IMG/VR virus record: IMGVR_UViG_3300047318_000482
Location: 1 to 64,000 of that record
Length of the DNA: 64,000 nt
DNA from: a virus
Strand: one strand, 5' to 3'
The notes beneath the pieces are model-generated. The model was not told the origin of the DNA and made no database searches. It was given only the letters and a program-made list of their open reading frames with translations. Made by a program: the position numbers and the translations under genes. This document shows positions 60,046 through 64,000 of this stretch, piece after piece; position 1 is the first letter of the stretch, and each line of letters opens with the position of its first letter.

Positions 60046-62313
60046 CTACTCCCCCGTGAGTACGGTGCCCAGCCCGTACTTGCCGCGGACGGCCTGGCCG
60101 CTGCCGGGCATGCGGTGGATGCGCTGGTCCTTGACGAGGCGCGAGAGCCGGTTCTCCAGGGTGGAGTCGGTGAGCTTGGTGAGGGCCTGGATGTCGTCCT
60201 TGTGGAGGTAGGTGGTCTCCTCGCCGAGGGGGTCGGCTGCGTCCTGGAGGGCGGTGAGGATCTTTTCGTCCGCGGTGGGTTCCTTCGGCGGGGCGGGCAG
60301 GGCCGTGCCTCCGCCGCCACTCTGGCCGGCTTCGTCTTCGTCGTCGGGGAGGATCGACGTGCGGCCGATCTCGTGGCGGTTCTCCCATCCGGGCCAGTCC
60401 GCCGGGTGCTGGACGGCGTCTTCGTCGATGTAGGGGGCGGCGGACTCGAGGATGAAGTCGCGCATCATTTCCGCTGCTCCCCCGGGTCCGAGGGTGTAGC
60501 CGAGTCCGTAGGTGGATTCGGGGTCCTGGAGGGCGACGGTCTCGTTGTAGATGAGGGGCCGGCTGACGTCCCAGGCCGGGGGGATCTGGCCGGGGTCGAC
60601 GCCTTCGAAGCCGGTGGTGACGAGGTTGGACTGGTCGGAGTCGGTGCGGAGCATGACCAGGGAGCCACCCTGGATGACGTTGGTGCGCAGGGCGGTGGAT
60701 CCGCCGAGCTTGTCGGCGTTCACGGCCTGGTTGACGACGGTGAGGATGATGCCGAGAGAGCGGGCCTTCGCGGCCAGCGCCTCCACAATGATCTTTGCTT
60801 CCTTGCGGTGCTCGACGAGCTCGGACAGGGGGACGTGGGCTTCGTCGAGGATTACGCGCACCCACGGCCGGCCCGGGGTGGGGGTGAAGTTCTTCATCTT
60901 CAGCCGGGCGGACTCCTCGATCCGCCACTGCAGGAGGGCGTAGGCGACGCGCAGGGCGCGCATGCAGCCGTCTTCTCCGAGGCCGGAGTAGCAGGCCATG
61001 GTCTCGACGTCGGGGTTGGAGGAGCCCTTGGGGTCGGCGTAGATGATGGCGTGGCCGTTGACGTGGTCGGCTAGGGCGACGATCTGGATGAGTCCGCCCT
61101 TGCCGGATCCGGTGACGCCGGCAATGAAGAGGTGCTTGGCGCCCAGCTTGGGGTCGACGAACTGGATGCGGGCGGGGAAGCCGGAGACGTGCTGGCCGAT
61201 CTGGACGTAGCCGCCGTCGGAGATTTTCAGGACGTGGGTGCCGGGGAAGGGCACGCCTTGCTTGAGGGGGTTGTGCTTCATGAGGCGGACGGTGCCGCGG
61301 CGGGGGTCTCCGGGGACGGGGCTGTAGGAGCAGAGGAGGGTGTTGGTGCGCAGCGCGCCGGCGAGGGCGGCGCGGTCGGGGACGGGGAGTTTGTCGAGGT
61401 TCTCGCCGGCGACGACGTAGGCGACTTCGCCTCCGGTGTTGGGGTCGGTCTGGGCGTCTTCGAGGTGGGTGCCGGCCATGACGCCGCCGCTGCGGGCGGC
61501 CCACTTGCGCCAGGCGCCCTGGAGGGTGCTGGTGTCGAGTTCGAGAGGCGGGACCAGGTTGACCGTGAGGTGGCATTCCCCGGCGTGGGCACCGGTTTTG
61601 AGGGTGATCCAGTCGGCGGGGATGCCGTAGAGGCTGGAAATGTTGTCGCGGTTGACGGAGACGGACGCTCCGGTGGGGGCGGTGATGGTGCCTTTCCAGA
61701 GGTGGCTTCCGTATCCGGTGACCTGGAGTTCTTGGCCCTTGTGGCTGCCGGTGTCGCGGTTGGAGACGTACGTGTACCAGCGGTGGGCGATCTGGTCGGC
61801 GGGGGTGAGGGGTTCGGGCACGGTCGGGGCGGCTGCGGGGGCGGTGGGCGCGGTGTGCTTGGGGGCGCGGACCCGGCCGAGGACCTTGCGGAGTTTGATG
61901 GGGACGAATCCGACGGCGGCAAACCAGCCGAGGGAGACGATGCCGGGGATCGGCTTGGCGGCGATGTCGGCCCAGCCGAGCATCAGCGCGTCGGATCCCT
62001 CGCCGCCCAGGAGGGCGCCCATGGCGAGGGCGACGCCGCTGGTGAGGGTGGAGATGGCGAGGGGCACGCTGTGTGCGCGGAGGATGTCCCCGGGCAGGTG
62101 CCGCTGTAGGCCCGGTGGGAGCCGGTTCATGTAGTTCGCGGTGGTGAGGGCGGCGGCGCCGCCGTAGGCGATGGTGGCGAGGAAGGTGGCGCTGGCGTCG
62201 AGGAAGGGGATTCCGGCGCCCATGGCGAGGGGGGCGACGCTGGTGGCGATGGCGATGCCGCGTTCGGTGCTGTGGGCGGCCAGCCGGCTGGTGGTGTTGG
62301 TGTTGCTGGTCAT
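60046..62313 (-). CDS. traB: TraB-like FtsK/SpoIIIE conjugative DNA translocase (755 aa)
   Basis: N-terminal TM helices, HLFIAGVTGSGKG, YADPKG, VILDEAH, KARSLGI, C-terminal winged helix. Confidence 0.85.
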   Translation of the reverse strand: MTSNTNTTSRLAAHSTERGIAIATSVAPLAMGAGIPFLDASATFLATIAYGGAAALTTANYMNRLPPGLQRHLPGDILRAHSVPLAISTLTSGVALAMGALLGGEGSDALMLGWADIAAKPIPGIVSLGWFAAVGFVPIKLRKVLGRVRAPKHTAPTAPAAAPTVPEPLTPADQIAHRWYTYVSNRDTGSHKGQELQVTGYGSHLWKGTITAPTGASVSVNRDNISSLYGIPADWITLKTGAHAGECHLTVNLVPPLELDTSTLQGAWRKWAARSGGVMAGTHLEDAQTDPNTGGEVAYVVAGENLDKLPVPDRAALAGALRTNTLLCSYSPVPGDPRRGTVRLMKHNPLKQGVPFPGTHVLKISDGGYVQIGQHVSGFPARIQFVDPKLGAKHLFIAGVTGSGKGGLIQIVALADHVNGHAIIYADPKGSSNPDVETMACYSGLGEDGCMRALRVAYALLQWRIEESARLKMKNFTPTPGRPWVRVILDEAHVPLSELVEHRKEAKIIVEALAAKARSLGIILTVVNQAVNADKLGGSTALRTNVIQGGSLVMLRTDSDQSNLVTTGFEGVDPGQIPPAWDVSRPLIYNETVALQDPESTYGLGYTLGPGGAAEMMRDFILESAAPYIDEDAVQHPADWPGWENRHEIGRTSILPDDEDEAGQSGGGGTALPAPPKEPTADEKILTALQDAADPLGEETTYLHKDDIQALTKLTDSTLENRLSRLVKDQRIHRMPGSGQAVRGKYGLGTVLTGE

Positions 62314-62359
62314 GGCGATCTCCTTCGCGGGAAAGCAGGTACGGGCGGGCCGGGGTGGG

Positions 62360-62749
62360 TTATTCCTGGGTGAGCCAGTCGTTGTCGACGTCGTGGATGC
62401 CGGAGGCCGGGGAGGCGTTCACCTGTTCGTGGATGCCCTGGTGGGTGGCGACGGTCTCGTCGTGGCCGGCGCGGGCGAGGCGGGTGGTGGTGTCCCCGGC
62501 GGACGCGTACTTGATGGCTTGCTCGGACACCCCGGTCATCAGCTTGGCGAGGTGCTGGCATTCGGCGACGGTCTCGGGGTCGACGCGCTTTGCGCCGATC
62601 CCGTCGGCGACCCGGGCGGTGTCGGTGGCCTCCTGGTCGATGAACTGGGACCAGCCGCGGAGGTTTTCGGCGTCGGAGCCGATCTCCTTGGCGAAGTCGG
62701 TGACGTCGCGGACGAACTGCTCGTAGCGGAGGTCGGCCACCGCAATCAC
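62360..62749 (-). CDS. Helical-hairpin transfer-region protein (129 aa)
   Basis: Two long amphipathic helices; upstream of traB. Confidence 0.7.
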   Translation of the reverse strand: MIAVADLRYEQFVRDVTDFAKEIGSDAENLRGWSQFIDQEATDTARVADGIGAKRVDPETVAECQHLAKLMTGVSEQAIKYASAGDTTTRLARAGHDETVATHQGIHEQVNASPASGIHDVDNDWLTQE

Positions 62750-64000
62750 TTCCTGTACCAGTTGAGTTCGGCGGGCTTGGTCAGGGGGCTGTCGCAGACG
62801 GCTTTGTAGATGCCGTCGTAGCGGATGCTCACGTTGGTGAGGACGACCTGGGTGCCTTCGGCGGCGCGGACGACCCGCTTGTGGAGTTCCTGCGCTTCGC
62901 GGATCTGGATGGTCGCGGCCTCGTGGAGGCGGGTGAGGACGCCGATGAAGCGGTCGCCGCCTTCGGTCTTGAGGCTCTTGGCCATCTCGACGAACGTGAG
63001 GGCCTTCGCGGCCTGCTCCTCGGCGTGGGCCTGGAGCTGGCGGGTGCCTTCGGCGGCCTTGCCCATGCTGACGGCTTTCTCGCCCATGCGGCGCTCGTAC
63101 TGCTTGAGGTTGCGGACCTCGCCGCGGGAGTACATCTGGCCGCCGTCAAGGACCACGTCCTTGTCGGTGACCTCCTTGACGTCGATGGGATGCGGGCCGG
63201 ACGTCTGCTGGTCGTCGCTGGAGGCGGTCACGGGCTGGTCCTCCGGGTCTTGGGCGCGCTGCTGCTTGCGGGTGGCGTGGGCCTGGTCGAGGCGGGCCTT
63301 TTCACGGTCGGCGGCGTCGTTGATGTCGCGGTGGCCGTCTTTGAATCCGTCGCGGTAGGCGCGGACGTGGGCGGTGACGTGGGCGGTGCGGGCGCCGTCG
63401 CGGTAACCGGCTTCGCGGGAGGGCTGGGTGCGGATCGGGGTGCCGTCCGCCTTCTTGGGTGCGGTCTTGTCCGGGGTGGTCTTGTCCGGGGTGGTCTTGC
63501 CGAGCTTGCCGGGTCCGGTGCTGCCCTTGGGGGTCTTCTTCAGGCTGGCCTTCGTCCCGCCCACGTTCTCCTTGGGGGCGGTGGCGCTCGCCTGGCCGCC
63601 GCCGGTGCTCTTGGCATCGGGCTTCCGGGGGGTGTCCTTGCCTGCGGGCGCGGCCGCAGCGTCGGTCTTCGCTGCCGGTGCCGGCGTCTTCTTCAGGGAG
63701 TGCTTCGGCGTGGCCCCGCTGCCATGGGTCTTGCTCTTCTTGTCCTTGGTGAGGCTGATGCCGGAGGAGTCGCCGCAGGTGGCCGTCTCCGTACGCGCGC
63801 CCGCGCCGGTTCCGGAGTTGTGCTTGGCGGGCGTCTTCCCGCCCTTGCCGCTGCCGGAACTGTCGGTACGACCACTCTTGTCCTTCCTCAGCGTCTTCGA
63901 GTCGGACTGGTGTCCTCCCGCTCCGTGACCGGACGTGCCGCTGCCTCCGCGGCCGCCACCGGAGCCGCCAGATCCCGTACCACCGCTTCCCGTTCCGGCC
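62746..64000 (-). CDS. Transfer-region protein, 5-prime truncated by the window: Gly/Lys/Thr low-complexity region plus C-terminal helical hairpin
   Basis: The frame of ORF 62746-63564 stays open to the window end. Confidence 0.7.
   Translation of the reverse strand, partial: AGTGSGGTGSGGSGGGRGGSGTSGHGAGGHQSDSKTLRKDKSGRTDSSGSGKGGKTPAKHNSGTGAGARTETATCGDSSGISLTKDKKSKTHGSGATPKHSLKKTPAPAAKTDAAAAPAGKDTPRKPDAKSTGGGQASATAPKENVGGTKASLKKTPKGSTGPGKLGKTTPDKTTPDKTAPKKADGTPIRTQPSREAGYRDGARTAHVTAHVRAYRDGFKDGHRDINDAADREKARLDQAHATRKQQRAQDPEDQPVTASSDDQQTSGPHPIDVKEVTDKDVVLDGGQMYSRGEVRNLKQYERRMGEKAVSMGKAAEGTRQLQAHAEEQAAKALTFVEMAKSLKTEGGDRFIGVLTRLHEAATIQIREAQELHKRVVRAAEGTQVVLTNVSIRYDGIYKAVCDSPLTKPAELNWYRK

Larger units (their letters stand above)
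1..64000. mobile_element. Conjugative phage-plasmid (plasmid prophage) of a high-GC actinobacterium, likely Streptomyces; extends beyond the window
   Basis: Full siphovirus head/tail/lysis module, plasmid Rep plus ParAB, TraB-like FtsK ATPase and WhiB genes occur together; no host housekeeping genes seen. Confidence 0.88.

Noticed and set aside
58445-61576. 1043-aa ORF and other long Arg/Pro-rich N-terminal extensions in the ORF track
   Set aside because: Off-frame read-through typical of GC-rich DNA; real starts were assigned from RBS and stop/start overlaps
1-64000. tRNA, rRNA, IS elements, att sites
   Set aside because: None recognised by eye; a tRNAscan/Infernal run would be needed to exclude them

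Overview
This is a high-GC actinobacterial (very probably Streptomyces) mobile element, and it combines three lifestyles. (1) Siphovirus-type virion and lysis module on the minus strand (about 28.2-59.0 kb): small and large terminase, SNase nuclease, portal, scaffold, decoration protein, lambda-E-like major capsid, head-tail proteins, tail tube, a frameshifted tail chaperone pair, tape measure, Dit/Tal-like proteins, a long fibre, a papain-like protease, a CHAP endolysin, a holin and a collagen-like membrane protein. (2) Plasmid maintenance module: an HTH replication initiator with internal DnaA boxes, a DciA/DUF721 protein, ParA/ParB with five copies of a 16-bp palindrome, and two convergent tyrosine recombinases. 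(3) Streptomyces-type conjugation module: a TraB-like FtsK/SpoIIIE ATPase, with upstream genes running off the right edge. Early/accessory genes include two WhiB proteins, RusA, DUF5131, a Rad52/Sak annealase, a C5 methyltransferase, a WYL protein and a secreted metzincin. Overall it reads as a conjugative phage-plasmid. The most unusual signals are: three tandem stem-loops with identical UUGGCG loops in the rep leader (candidate antisense copy-number control); a ParA with permuted motif order; candidate parS sites written into the parB coding sequence; a repeated terminator-operator-promoter cassette; an active plus catalytically dead recombinase pair; an AT-rich synonymous island inside the tape measure gene; and a conserved motif upstream of three head genes. 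All calls come from reading motifs by eye; no searches were run.
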